DNA of 64,000 bases from an uncultured Prolixibacteraceae bacterium (GCA_964525995.1 CAZGIM010000006.1:88615-152614), one strand, 5' to 3'. Shown: positions 9,151-19,056, numbered from the stretch's first letter. The notes: generated from the sequence alone by a model not told the origin. Made by a program: numbers and translations.

Positions 9151-10311
9151 ATGTCGAAGTATATCAGTAAACGGCAATTTTTAGGTTACATGGCAGCGGC
9201 AGCCGGTGCAGCGGTAGTCGGATTACATTCCCTAAAAGCTTTTGCACATAAAATTAATGTCATGGAATTTTCCGGAAATCCGGATCCGGGTGTCCCCGGC
9301 CGGTACAGCAAAGAGTCGCCCTATTATGTGGTGACACCCAAAGGGGTGCAGTGTAAAATTTGTCCGAATAGCTGCATCCTGCGTGAAGGATTTGAAAGTA
9401 TCTGCCGTACCCATGTGGTCAAAGATAAAAAGCTTTATACCATCGCTTACGGAAATCCCTGCTCGGTTCATATCGATCCGATCGAGAAAAAGCCATTGTT
9501 CCACTTTTTACCTGCCACACCCAGTTTCTCCATTGCCACCGCCGGGTGTAACCTCGCTTGTTTGAATTGCCAAAACTGGGAAATCTCTCAAAAAAGCCCT
9601 TCCGAAACGGATAACACGGAGTTATTTCCCCGACAGGTTGTAGAACAGGCAGCCAAGAGCGGGTGCAGGTCGATTGCCTATACCTACTCCGAACCCATCG
9701 CATTTTATGAATATACCTTCGATACTGCACGGTTGGCAAGGGCAAGAGGAATAAAGAACCTGCTGATCTCAAACGGGTACATCAACGAACAGCCGTTACG
9801 CGACCTGGCGAAATATTTAGATGCGGCCAATATTGACCTGAAGTCATTTTCCGATGATATCTACGCCCGGCTCAACGGAGGAAGTTTGCATCCTGTTCTC
9901 AATACCTTGAAAATCCTGAAAGAGGAGGGCGTCTGGCTCGAAATCACCATTCTGGTCGTTCCTACCTGGACCGACAAACCGGATATGATCGCCGAGATGT
10001 GCGGTTGGTTGATGAAGAATGGCTTAGCCGATGCACCGCTTCATTTCAGCCGCTTTCACCCGCTGTACAAATTGACCGGGTTGCCCTATACTCCGCTTTC
10101 ATTCCTTGAGAAAGCCCGGGATATCGCCCTGAAAGCAGGAATAAAATATGTTTACATCGGCAATGTACCCGGAACCCCGGCCGAGAATACTTACTGCCCG
10201 AAATGCAAAAAGATTGTGATCGAGCGGCGTGGATTTAGCATCCTTCAGAACAATCTGAAAAACGGTGCCTGCAAATTTTGCAATACCCCTATAGCCGGAA
10301 TCTGGCAGTGA
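9151..10311 (+). CDS. AmmeMemoRadiSam system radical SAM enzyme with a Tat-type signal peptide
   Basis: The cluster motif is TAGCNLACLNCQNWEIS (Cx3Cx2C), with a C-terminal CPKC..CKFC zinc-ribbon-like pair. The N-terminus MSKYISKRQFLGYMAAAAGAAVVGLHSLKAFA resembles a twin-arginine (KR variant) signal with an AxA site. The start is uncertain: in-frame ATGs at 9040 and 9091 would only lengthen the n-region. Confidence 0.85.
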   Translation: MSKYISKRQFLGYMAAAAGAAVVGLHSLKAFAHKINVMEFSGNPDPGVPGRYSKESPYYVVTPKGVQCKICPNSCILREGFESICRTHVVKDKKLYTIAYGNPCSVHIDPIEKKPLFHFLPATPSFSIATAGCNLACLNCQNWEISQKSPSETDNTELFPRQVVEQAAKSGCRSIAYTYSEPIAFYEYTFDTARLARARGIKNLLISNGYINEQPLRDLAKYLDAANIDLKSFSDDIYARLNGGSLHPVLNTLKILKEEGVWLEITILVVPTWTDKPDMIAEMCGWLMKNGLADAPLHFSRFHPLYKLTGLPYTPLSFLEKARDIALKAGIKYVYIGNVPGTPAENTYCPKCKKIVIERRGFSILQNNLKNGACKFCNTPIAGIWQ

Positions 10312-10323
10312 CCATTTTGAGAG

Positions 10324-10343
10324 GGTTTATTTCAAAATAAACC
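10324..10343 (+). terminator. Hairpin after the radical SAM gene
   Basis: GGTTTATT TCAA AATAAACC forms a perfect 8-bp stem 12 nt after stop 10311. It lies between convergent genes and has no clear U-tract. Confidence 0.35.
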
Positions 10344-10459
10344 GATTCAGGAACGTTGCATCGATGGTCTTTTAATGGATACGCGGCATTTGTATATGTG
10401 TATTCACTATAAGAATCATGGATCGACGCCAGTTGTCGATGTATCAAGGTTCAGATTGT

Positions 10460-11719
10460 TCACTCAACCTGCCTGATATCGATCATGACGGGAAGGTGAT
10501 CACTGAATCCCCCATGATACCGGGGGCCCACAAAAGTCCGGTTCAGCTTTTCACCGAAATAGGTCTTATCGGTCTCCAGCAGAAAAGTCGAATGAAAAAT
10601 GGCGACCCGTCCTGCTCCCGTGCGTAATCCCTGAAGACCTTTCAGCAGGCTTCCGGTAACTATGAACTGATCGAAGGTGCTCCACTGATCCCGGTATTTG
10701 AGGGTCCCCTCTTTTTTATGACGGTTTCTGATTCCCATGAGGTTGTAAAGAGAAGTTGCCTCAACCGGAATGGTATCGCAACGGGCATTCAACACCTTGC
10801 GGATGCTCTCATCCTCCGGTTCATCATTGAAATCGCCCATTATCACTATGTTTGCTGACCGCCGGTACGATATGACCGGTGTACGCTGACCGCCGGGATT
10901 CATACCATGGTCGTTTGCGGGATTCCGACTTGTTCTTGTTGTCGGTTTGCCCGGAGAGCCGGGATGGTAATATCCGGGCTCGGCGGCGATGTGCTGAATT
11001 GAATCAATCAGATTTCGCAGCACATGGGCAACATGAATTCTGCGGGGTTGCGACGAAAGGTAACCGCCACGCCGCGACGGCCAATGGTTTACGATCAGGA
11101 TCAGAGTATCGCGGTTCCTTACCAATCCTTTCACCAACAGAATTTCACGGGTTTGTGACAAAGTGTCAAAAGGAAACCGGATTGAGATACATCGGTTGCT
11201 GAGTACTTTAAAATGGTCGGACCGGTAAAGCAGGGCGACGTCAACCCCGCGGAGATCGGGCGATTCATGGTGAATGAAACGGTATTTGAAGCTTTTTAGG
11301 GGTGTTTCGTGGATGAGTTTGTTCAGAACATAACGATTTTCGACTTCACAGAGCCCAACCACAGAGGGAGCCGACCATTGTCCGATGGAAAGCAGCATCT
11401 TGGCAACCTGATTCAGTTTCCGGATGAACTTCGCATAAGTCCAATGCTTGGCGCCTGCCGGCGTGAATTCATCATCAAGCCGGGTGGTGTCATCATAAGG
11501 ATCATAAAGATTTTCGACATTCCAGAAAACGATCCTGACATTTTGACCTTTTATTTTGATCGAATCTAAATTGGCACAATTTTGGATTTTATAGCAGTCA
11601 CAACAATTTGACACACCGTTTACGGGAATATCTGAGGCAAGAAATGCCGGTATGGTGATGAGCAGGCTTAATAATAAAAATATCTGTTTCACAATCAAAT
11701 TGTTAAACGGGTTTCGCAA
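10460..11719 (-). CDS. Secreted endonuclease/exonuclease/phosphatase (EEP) family protein
   Basis: It has an N-terminal signal peptide and the EEP motifs VFWNVENL, GLCEVEN, IMGDFN and GFSDHLPV. An internal Pro/Gly-rich insert is present (PGSPGKPTTRTSRNPANDHGMNPGG). Confidence 0.8.
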   Translation of the reverse strand: MRNPFNNLIVKQIFLLLSLLITIPAFLASDIPVNGVSNCCDCYKIQNCANLDSIKIKGQNVRIVFWNVENLYDPYDDTTRLDDEFTPAGAKHWTYAKFIRKLNQVAKMLLSIGQWSAPSVVGLCEVENRYVLNKLIHETPLKSFKYRFIHHESPDLRGVDVALLYRSDHFKVLSNRCISIRFPFDTLSQTREILLVKGLVRNRDTLILIVNHWPSRRGGYLSSQPRRIHVAHVLRNLIDSIQHIAAEPGYYHPGSPGKPTTRTSRNPANDHGMNPGGQRTPVISYRRSANIVIMGDFNDEPEDESIRKVLNARCDTIPVEATSLYNLMGIRNRHKKEGTLKYRDQWSTFDQFIVTGSLLKGLQGLRTGAGRVAIFHSTFLLETDKTYFGEKLNRTFVGPRYHGGFSDHLPVMIDIRQVE

Positions 11720-11850
11720 GATCTATAGGCAAGTTTTTAGATATGTGGATAAAAAACAGGTTCCTCATACAACCTTTCTGATGGATATGATGTCTCTTAA
11801 TCAGAAAAAGCTCCTGAAGGTTAAGGGTAACCCGATGATTTAACGATTTT

Positions 11851-11877
11851 TTAACACGATCTTAACAGATCTTAACA
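11851..11877 (+). promoter_or_regulatory. Three helically phased TTAACA direct repeats upstream of htrA-rpoD
   Basis: TTAACA occurs at 11851, 11862 and 11872 within TTAACACGATCTTAACAGATCTTAACA. An inverted copy (TGTTAA) lies near 11903. Confidence 0.25.
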
Positions 11878-11937
11878 GGAAGTGGAAAAATATCGAAACT
11901 GTTAAACCGTTTTTAAAATCAAAACAATAAGAGAGCT

Positions 11938-13374
11938 ATGAAAAGAATTGCAGCTGTTTTTTTGATTGCGCTCACCGGAGGAGCTGTTGCCCTTGGAATG
12001 TATAAGGTGTTTGAGAAGAAAAGTTTTATCTCGTCAGGTCGGCCTGAAGGGATACCCATTCAACAGGTAAGTTACAACCCCAGCGCGGCCTTTAACCAAC
12101 CTGATTTCGAGGCTGCGGCAGCGATTTCAGTTCACGCCGTAGTCCATATCAAATCGGAGTTTCAGAAAAAAAGTCTGGTCTATGATGACTTTTTCGAATT
12201 CTTCAACTTTGGCGGCCGTCCCCAGCCGCGTGAGTATATATCCCCCTATTCGGCGATGGGTTCGGGCGTAGTCATCTCACCCGACGGATATATTGTTACC
12301 AATAACCACGTGGTACAGGACGCAACCAAGATTACAGTCACGCTGAACGACAAACGGGTGTATGAAGCGACCATCGTCGGCACGGATCCCAGTTCCGATC
12401 TTGCGCTGATCAGGATTGAGGAAAAGGGTCTTCCATTCCTTACCTATGGAAATTCGGATGATGTGAAGATCGGCGAATGGGTGCTTGCTGTTGGAAATCC
12501 CTTTAACCTTACCTCGACAGTTACGGCCGGTATTGTCAGTGCGAAGGCGCGAAACATCAATATTTTAGGATCTCAGGGCGCGATTGAATCATTTATTCAG
12601 ACCGATGCTGCGGTCAACTCGGGTAACAGCGGCGGCGCACTGGTCAATACCCGCGGAGAACTGATCGGGATCAATGCGGCTATCGCGTCGGGAAACGGTT
12701 ATTACACAGGCTATTCGTTTGCCATCCCCGTAAATATTGTCAGGAAAGTGGTTGATGACTTTATGAAATTCGGAAAGATCCAAAGAGCCTATTTAGGAGT
12801 TTATTACCGTGAAATTGATGACCAATTTGCCAAAGAGAAGGGACTTTCCGACCTCCGCGGTGTTTACGTCGATGAGGTCGTGGAAGGGGGACCCGCTGCT
12901 CTTGCCGGAATCAAGAAAGGTGATGTCATCCTCAGGATCGATAACAATGCCATCAATGGCAAGTCGGAACTGATGGAGGTAATCGGACAGAAAAATCCGG
13001 GCGATAAGGTCAAAGTACTCGTTCACCGGGGTGATCAGGAAGTTGAGAACCTGGTTACCATGCAGAGTGAGGACTCCCGTCAGGCGCTGGTCAAGGATGG
13101 TAAAATCATGATCCACGGCGCAACATTCCAGCCTTTGACTACAGCGGAGATGTCAAAATTCAATGTGGATTACGGATATAAAATCGTATCCGTTGAAAAT
13201 GGAAAATTAAAAAATGCGGGTATTAAACCCGGTTTTATCATACTGTCGGTTGATCGTCAACCGATGCGTACCACTGCGGAATTAAAAGAGGCTCTCACGG
13301 AACGCAGCGGTGGTGTGCTCATTGAGGGCGTATATCCTAACGGACTGAGAGCCTATTACGGAATTGGATTATGA
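11938..13374 (+). CDS. htrA: HtrA/DegQ-family periplasmic serine protease with PDZ domains
   Basis: The trypsin-like catalytic motifs are TNNHV, DLALI and GNSGGALVN, followed by two PDZ-like regions. A signal anchor lies at the N-terminus. Confidence 0.9.
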   Translation: MKRIAAVFLIALTGGAVALGMYKVFEKKSFISSGRPEGIPIQQVSYNPSAAFNQPDFEAAAAISVHAVVHIKSEFQKKSLVYDDFFEFFNFGGRPQPREYISPYSAMGSGVVISPDGYIVTNNHVVQDATKITVTLNDKRVYEATIVGTDPSSDLALIRIEEKGLPFLTYGNSDDVKIGEWVLAVGNPFNLTSTVTAGIVSAKARNINILGSQGAIESFIQTDAAVNSGNSGGALVNTRGELIGINAAIASGNGYYTGYSFAIPVNIVRKVVDDFMKFGKIQRAYLGVYYREIDDQFAKEKGLSDLRGVYVDEVVEGGPAALAGIKKGDVILRIDNNAINGKSELMEVIGQKNPGDKVKVLVHRGDQEVENLVTMQSEDSRQALVKDGKIMIHGATFQPLTTAEMSKFNVDYGYKIVSVENGKLKNAGIKPGFIILSVDRQPMRTTAELKEALTERSGGVLIEGVYPNGLRAYYGIGL

Positions 13375-14231
13375 GACAACTAAAGATATCAAAATCAATA
13401 ACGAACCGTGAAACTGCTTCGCTTGATAAATATCTCGCAGATATCGGAAAGGAAGAACTGATTTCGGCCGACGAGGAGGTTCTGCTTGCTCAGCGGATTC
13501 GCTCGGGTGACCAGGCAGCCCTTGAAAAATTATGCAAAGCCAACCTCAGGTTTGTTGTATCGGTAGCCAAGCAGTATCAGAACCAGGGACTGGGTCTTCC
13601 CGATCTGATTAACGAGGGAAACGTCGGACTGATCAAGGCGGCCAGACGTTTTGACGAGACCCGCGGCTTTAAATTCATCTCTTATGCCGTATGGTGGATC
13701 CGTCAATCGATCCTTCAGGCTCTTGCTGAACAGTCGCGGATCGTTCGGTTGCCGCTGAACCAGGTCGGATCGCTCAGCAAAATGTCGAAGGCATCGATAA
13801 GACTGGAACAACGGTTCGAACGGAGCCCTTCGATCGACGAGCTTGCGACTGAACTTGAACTTCCTCAGCAAAAGGTAGCCGAAACACTGCGCATGTCTTC
13901 GCGAATCATCTCCATGGATGCCCCGATCGATCAGGATGAGGAAACTAAACTGGTGGATGTTTTTGTAAATGAAGATACTCCCGAAACCGATGAGAACCTT
14001 ATCAGGGAATCACTGTCACGCGAGGTGCAACGATCGCTGTCGACACTGACCGACAAAGAACGTGAGATCATCAACATGTTTTATGGGATCGGTTATCCGC
14101 ACAGCTATACCCTCGAGGAGATCGGATCGATGTTTGACCTGACCCGCGAAAGGGTGCGTCAGATCAAGGAAAAAGCCATCAGGAGGCTCAAACATTCGTC
14201 GCGGAGCAAGTTGCTGAAGTCATATTTATAG
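13371..14231 (+). CDS. rpoD: Primary RNA polymerase sigma factor (Bacteroidota sigma-A type, no region 1.1)
   Basis: The 286-aa protein has conserved regions 2-4 ([61 protein letters not shown]). Its start overlaps the htrA stop (ATGA). Confidence 0.9.
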   Translation: MRQLKISKSITNRETASLDKYLADIGKEELISADEEVLLAQRIRSGDQAALEKLCKANLRFVVSVAKQYQNQGLGLPDLINEGNVGLIKAARRFDETRGFKFISYAVWWIRQSILQALAEQSRIVRLPLNQVGSLSKMSKASIRLEQRFERSPSIDELATELELPQQKVAETLRMSSRIISMDAPIDQDEETKLVDVFVNEDTPETDENLIRESLSREVQRSLSTLTDKEREIINMFYGIGYPHSYTLEEIGSMFDLTRERVRQIKEKAIRRLKHSSRSKLLKSYL

Positions 14232-14317
14232 AATGACAATGGACAATGGACAATTGAAAATGGAAAATGGAAAACGGGGCTTTTACCATTTTGCCATTTT
14301 ACTATTTCGCTATTTAG
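14232..14317. repeat. Word-array element, block A (self-complementary)
   Basis: The block fills the entire 86-bp gap between the rpoD stop and the convergent M28 peptidase stop. It reads AATGACA AATGGACA AATGGACA ATTGAAA ATGGAAA ATGGAAAAC, then GGGG, then CTTTTACCATTTTGCCATTTT ACTATTTCGCTATTT. The two halves pair imperfectly. Confidence 0.8.
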
Positions 14318-16621
14318 TTAAGGTTGGTGGATGAGTTTTCCGGTCAGGATTTTAGCGCTCGTCTTGACTCGTATATAATAGATTCCGGGAGTAAGTGTGC
14401 CCATGGGAAAGGAAAGAACCTGATCCCCCTTTTCAAAGGTTCGGTCTGAGATTAATTTTACAACGCTTCCTGTTGGCGACACCAGGGTTATGATTACCCT
14501 TCCGGCGTGTTTCAGGGTGAACTTCACGTTACAGATGTCGGTTGCCGGATTTGGGAAAACCTGAAGCTTGTCGGTGACAGCCAGCCCGGAGGACTGAATT
14601 CCAGTCGGACGGGCGAATAATTCCGTTATCACGTGGTGGACGAATTTTTTTGCATCTGTGGTATCCAGGTACCATAACGGAAAACTGAGCAGCACCCCCT
14701 TATGACCGTCTCCGGTACTGGCAAGACCTACCGGTCTGTTTTTCATCCGCCCCCTTATATCATTGGGATCGTAACGCGTGTCGAACCGATAAATTACCTC
14801 ACCATTGAGGCCGGGAGCGAATACATCCACGTTGAAAATTTCCCCCGGATATCCAGGATCTAAGTATTTCATTGGGTCGATATGAAGGGTATCGTACCCG
14901 GTAACGACGCTGTTGGCGCGATATATCATACTCTGGATTTTACGGTCGCTGCTGTCGGCACCGAAGATTTCACGAAAGGGATGATTTCTGGGGATACAGG
15001 ACGGGTAGGTGGTGGTCGAAGATACCCAGAACCGTACCGGACCGAAACCTGTGAAAAGGATGTTCCCGCCGTTGCGTGTATGTTCCCCGATAGCGAACAA
15101 CATTGAAGAAGTCATTGGTTCAAAGTCGAAGTTATTGTTCATCCAGAAAATATTCCGGTAGCGCGAAACCATCGAAAGATCGACGGTTTGGTTTGCATTG
15201 ACATCGCGCCATACAAATGGGATGGTATCGAGAACGGCGCTGTAATATTGCCTGATACTGTCGGGCGTATTTTTAGTTCCTTTAAGATTGGCAAGGACCA
15301 GCAGAGTGTCGGAGAATCCGAAACGCGTGCCGGTCGCCTCGTTTGAAAAATCACTTTCCTTAAAATCCTGGTTTACTGTCGTAATAACATAATAATAGGG
15401 ATGGTATAGTACGGTGTTCACATCGTGAAACACAGAGCCGGGAACAGTTTCCGTATTAATCTTCTGGTACCCCGATCCTGATGAATCGGAGCGATAGATA
15501 TTCACCCCTGATATCAGTGCGTTTTGCGTAGGTTTCCATTGCAAAACCACATCGTCGGGAGTCGATCGAGCGATTAATTGTTGCGGGTAAGGAAGTAGTT
15601 GCTGCTCTGTCAGTGTGGCCAGGGCAGCGCCGGTGACTTTGGCCAGGTAAGGAACATTGCAGTTTCCTAAAGTATCGGAGATCTTGTGCCAGTGCGGGCT
15701 GAAATAAAACTCTTCATAGTATGCAGCGGGAAAATCCTGACTCCAGTACGAATAGGAATCTGAGCCGCTTGCGGTAAGGCTTTCGGGGATCATAACCGTC
15801 AGATCGGTGTAACGTTCGGTAGCCGACGCCGCGCATAACCCGGCCCATTCATTTCCGAGATACTGGTAAATATTTACCTCCGGGAGATTCTCGGGATTGT
15901 AGGAAATCATGTCCATATTCAGCATATACCGGATGTCAACGCTATCGAATTTTGCCTTTTCGGCTGCCACCTTCGAACCTTTCAATCCGACCTCTTCTGC
16001 AGCAAACAGGATAAATTGAATGGTTGCCTGGGGCTGGTACCCGGCTTGTTTCATGACGCGTGCGATCTCCAGGGTAGCGGCAACGGCCGAACCGTTGTCG
16101 TCAACGCCGGGAGCATTATGGGCGGCTATTTGGGGAGAATAGGAATCATAATGGCCGCCAACCACATATATTTCATCGGGAGCCGAGGCGCCTGTCAGCG
16201 AGCAGATCACATTGAATTGCCAGGCGCTGTCGGTAATTCCGTACCAATTGTAGAGTACCAGGAAAAATGAGTCCAGCTTCACATCGGTGTAGCCATACGA
16301 TTTGAAGCGGTCCAACAACGATACTGCGACCTCCCTGTTGTTTTCATCCATGGTAAAACGGGTACCCCAGTCCTGTAACTCCTGCAATCGGGCCCGGAGG
16401 GTGTCGGCGCTGACTGCGCTTACCATGGCAGCGATTACGGGATCGGGATCACGGTTCAAATTCCTCAGGGCATGCGGAGTTTCAGAATAAGGAGTGACGC
16501 GGGCCTGGTGATTCCGAGGTTTTTCAGACCAGGCTCCTGGTTGTTCCTGTGCAGTAAGAGAACTGGTGAGGATAGTAAAGAATGATGTCAGATAAACAAT
16601 TGAACGACGAAGATGGAACAT
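14318..16621 (-). CDS. Secreted M28-family aminopeptidase with a T9SS C-terminal sorting domain
   Basis: The M28 metal-binding motifs are VVGGHYDS, GVDDNGSAVAATLE and FAAEEVGLKGS. The C-terminal ~80 aa (LQVFPNPATDICNVKF...GIYYIRVKT...KLI) fits the T9SS type A CTD pattern. Confidence 0.85.
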   Translation of the reverse strand: MFHLRRSIVYLTSFFTILTSSLTAQEQPGAWSEKPRNHQARVTPYSETPHALRNLNRDPDPVIAAMVSAVSADTLRARLQELQDWGTRFTMDENNREVAVSLLDRFKSYGYTDVKLDSFFLVLYNWYGITDSAWQFNVICSLTGASAPDEIYVVGGHYDSYSPQIAAHNAPGVDDNGSAVAATLEIARVMKQAGYQPQATIQFILFAAEEVGLKGSKVAAEKAKFDSVDIRYMLNMDMISYNPENLPEVNIYQYLGNEWAGLCAASATERYTDLTVMIPESLTASGSDSYSYWSQDFPAAYYEEFYFSPHWHKISDTLGNCNVPYLAKVTGAALATLTEQQLLPYPQQLIARSTPDDVVLQWKPTQNALISGVNIYRSDSSGSGYQKINTETVPGSVFHDVNTVLYHPYYYVITTVNQDFKESDFSNEATGTRFGFSDTLLVLANLKGTKNTPDSIRQYYSAVLDTIPFVWRDVNANQTVDLSMVSRYRNIFWMNNNFDFEPMTSSMLFAIGEHTRNGGNILFTGFGPVRFWVSSTTTYPSCIPRNHPFREIFGADSSDRKIQSMIYRANSVVTGYDTLHIDPMKYLDPGYPGEIFNVDVFAPGLNGEVIYRFDTRYDPNDIRGRMKNRPVGLASTGDGHKGVLLSFPLWYLDTTDAKKFVHHVITELFARPTGIQSSGLAVTDKLQVFPNPATDICNVKFTLKHAGRVIITLVSPTGSVVKLISDRTFEKGDQVLSFPMGTLTPGIYYIRVKTSAKILTGKLIHQP

Positions 16622-16704
16622 AGTACCTTAAATAATTAATGAATTTAATTTCGACTCCCTCAGCGATATCCCTGACCGGGTTCATTCTGGACTGCAATGA
16701 TACG

Positions 16705-17631
16705 CTATTTTACCGAACCATTGGCGTCCCAACCGTAATCGACATAACGCCAGTCGAAATGATCTTTTTTCACCGATACCAACACAAATCCCTCTTCATT
16801 TCCCAGATAAGGTCCTTTCCACCAGGCTGCCGACACTGCCCCCCCGGTGATGAAATGAATGCCACCGATATAGACATCTTCGAGTGCATGCTGGTGACCC
16901 TGAAGTACCAGTTTCAGGTTATGGTTCTTGAAGAGTGCCAGAACCTCCCGGTCATTGACAATTACCGTTCCCGAATCGTTTGCTTTTGTGTTACGTTCGT
17001 ACATCTGGGTTGTGGCAGTTATAAACGGAATATGGGTGCTGATCACGATGGGCGTCTGTTTGCCGGTATGCTCCAGTTCTGCCCTGATCCAGCTGATTTG
17101 GGTGGAATCGATCATACCGATATAGGATCCTTTCTTTGTGTCTTCAACCGAATTGATAATGAAAAATTTCCATCCTTTATGCATGAAGGTGTAACAGGAC
17201 TTCCCCAATCTTTTTTCGAACATCTTTTCACCATATTCGGGGTGATTGGGAATAGCTCCGCTTTTCGGGTAGATGCCGTAAATCTCATGATTCCCCATCG
17301 TATTATAAACAGGAACCTTCATGTTCTTTATAACCTTTTGGTAAAGTTGATAGAGTGAATCGGCACGCGAATATCGTTGTGCCAGGGCATCCATGATCAG
17401 ATCGCCACCGGTGATCACAAAATCGGGATGCAACGCATTCACACTGTCGATAGCCTGCATAAACCCGGGAACCGAATTACGGATATCGGTCAGATGTATA
17501 TCAGTCAGGAAGGCAAAGGTAAATGAGCCATCCTGATCAGGTTGTCCCGATTGTCCCTTAACATTTGGTATTAACAATCCGGTTAATCCCGAAATACACA
17601 GGATTAAGATTACTTTAAACCAATTATTCAT
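16705..17631 (-). CDS. Secreted calcineurin-like metallophosphoesterase
   Basis: Motifs are FAFLTDIHL, GGDLIMD, MGNHE, STHIP and LQGHQH. The start is set at the Met preceding the signal peptide (MNNWFKVILILCISGL); the longer ORF extends to 17682. Confidence 0.85.
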   Translation of the reverse strand: MNNWFKVILILCISGLTGLLIPNVKGQSGQPDQDGSFTFAFLTDIHLTDIRNSVPGFMQAIDSVNALHPDFVITGGDLIMDALAQRYSRADSLYQLYQKVIKNMKVPVYNTMGNHEIYGIYPKSGAIPNHPEYGEKMFEKRLGKSCYTFMHKGWKFFIINSVEDTKKGSYIGMIDSTQISWIRAELEHTGKQTPIVISTHIPFITATTQMYERNTKANDSGTVIVNDREVLALFKNHNLKLVLQGHQHALEDVYIGGIHFITGGAVSAAWWKGPYLGNEEGFVLVSVKKDHFDWRYVDYGWDANGSVK

Positions 17632-17711
17632 GCGCTGTCTGGTTTTTGGGGGTTGAAAAATGTAACGGTCACAGGGTGACATTGGGTATTGGTGTAACTA
17701 AAAGATCCTGA

Positions 17712-18008
17712 TCAGCCGGCATGTTCGGGCATCAGCCTGCTGAAACCGGAGTATGGAAGGAGTTCAGTTACCTCGAAGGAGATCAGCCCGCGATCAACCA
17801 GCGGGAGCCTTTGAAGCGTTCCCAAAGCTTCCGCTTCCGATTCACTTTCAAGAATGAGTACCGCATCGCCTCCGGATGTGAAGTAGAATTCACGAACCAG
17901 ATTATCAATATAGAGCTGATGCAGCGTGCGCGCCTCGTTACGGAGCAGCTCTTCGTGAAGCTCCCAATTGACGGGGTTGGGTTCTTTTGAAATCGCCAAA
18001 ATTTTCAT
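17712..18008 (-). CDS. Muconolactone-isomerase-like (ferredoxin-fold) small protein
   Basis: The 98-aa protein has a pattern like MIase-family proteins (MKILAISK.PNP....E...L..EA....LY......FYF.....AVLILESES.EE...L..LPL). The assignment is by recollection only. Confidence 0.5.
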   Translation of the reverse strand: MKILAISKEPNPVNWELHEELLRNEARTLHQLYIDNLVREFYFTSGGDAVLILESESEAEALGTLQRLPLVDRGLISFEVTELLPYSGFSRLMPEHAG

Positions 18009-18064
18009 GGTAGTCTTGTTTTCTTGATTTTCTTTGTTTTGATAAAAGGTCGAATCATTCCGGA

Positions 18065-18853
18065 TCAGATGAAGATTTCACCCGAAAGGTAGAGCCTTGC
18101 TTTTCCGCCAATAATGATCCGGTCGACGCAGTCGCGACAAATCAGATGACCTCCTCTGGCGGAGACCTGACGGGCTGTCAGTTCTTTTTTACCCAGCTTT
18201 TTCGACCAGTACGGGGTCAGGGTGGTATGCGCAGAACCGGTCACTGGATCCTCATTGATTCCCGACTGTGGAGCAAAGAAGCGGGATACGAAATCGACCT
18301 CTTCTCCGGGAGCTGTTATAACCAATCCGCGGGCATCCAACCGGCTTATCGCCGCGAAATCGGGTTGGAAATTCAGCACCTCCTTTTCAGACCGAAGCAC
18401 AGCCATGAGATCCGATTTACCACGAAACATTCCTGCCGGCGGATATCCCAGGATTTCAGAAATTCCACCGGGAATTGGGATCTCCTGCGGAATATCGGCT
18501 GGGAAGTCGAGGAACAGCATGTCGCCCGACCGCTTCACCCGGAGCTCTCCGCTGTACAGCGACCGGAAAACGATCTCGTCGCCGCAGTATCCGCACCGGT
18601 CAAACAATACGAATGCCGAAGCAAGTGTGGCATGGCCGCATAGTTCCACTTCGACGGTCGGAGTGAACCACCTGATCTCGAAATGATCACCCTCCGGAAC
18701 CACGAAGGCTGTTTCGGCCAGGTTATTCTCAGCAGCTACCTGTTGCATTTGCGATGCCCCCATAGGCTCATCCGGCAGACAAACTGCTGCAGGGTTCCCT
18801 CCAAACAGGTGATCGGTGAAAGCGTCAACCTGATAAATTTTTATTGTCTTCAT
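18065..18853 (-). CDS. PhzF-family isomerase
   Basis: The N-terminus IYQVDAFTDHLFGGNPAAVC, the internal E..LCGHATLA and the C-terminal GSAHTTL motifs are typical of PhzF/YddE. Confidence 0.9.
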   Translation of the reverse strand: MKTIKIYQVDAFTDHLFGGNPAAVCLPDEPMGASQMQQVAAENNLAETAFVVPEGDHFEIRWFTPTVEVELCGHATLASAFVLFDRCGYCGDEIVFRSLYSGELRVKRSGDMLFLDFPADIPQEIPIPGGISEILGYPPAGMFRGKSDLMAVLRSEKEVLNFQPDFAAISRLDARGLVITAPGEEVDFVSRFFAPQSGINEDPVTGSAHTTLTPYWSKKLGKKELTARQVSARGGHLICRDCVDRIIIGGKARLYLSGEIFI

Positions 18854-19056
18854 CTGTGATTGTATTTTCGATATTCCACTTTACGAAGAATAACCTTACA
18901 TTGTCCACAATCCATCAACAGTGTAAACCGGCTTGACAGGGCATTTCTATTCTCATTCTCATCCTTACTATTCTGTCAAAAGCAGGAATGGTGTTGCTCC
19001 CGTTTATGTTTTACGGCCGGTTATTCCCCGGTATAAGTAACCGCAAGAGGTTATTA

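Noticed and set aside
11652-11843. A 63-aa + strand ORF partly in the EEP/htrA intergenic region.
   Set aside because: It overlaps the EEP gene start in antisense. It is AT-rich and Lys/Asn-rich, with no motif and no promoter box.
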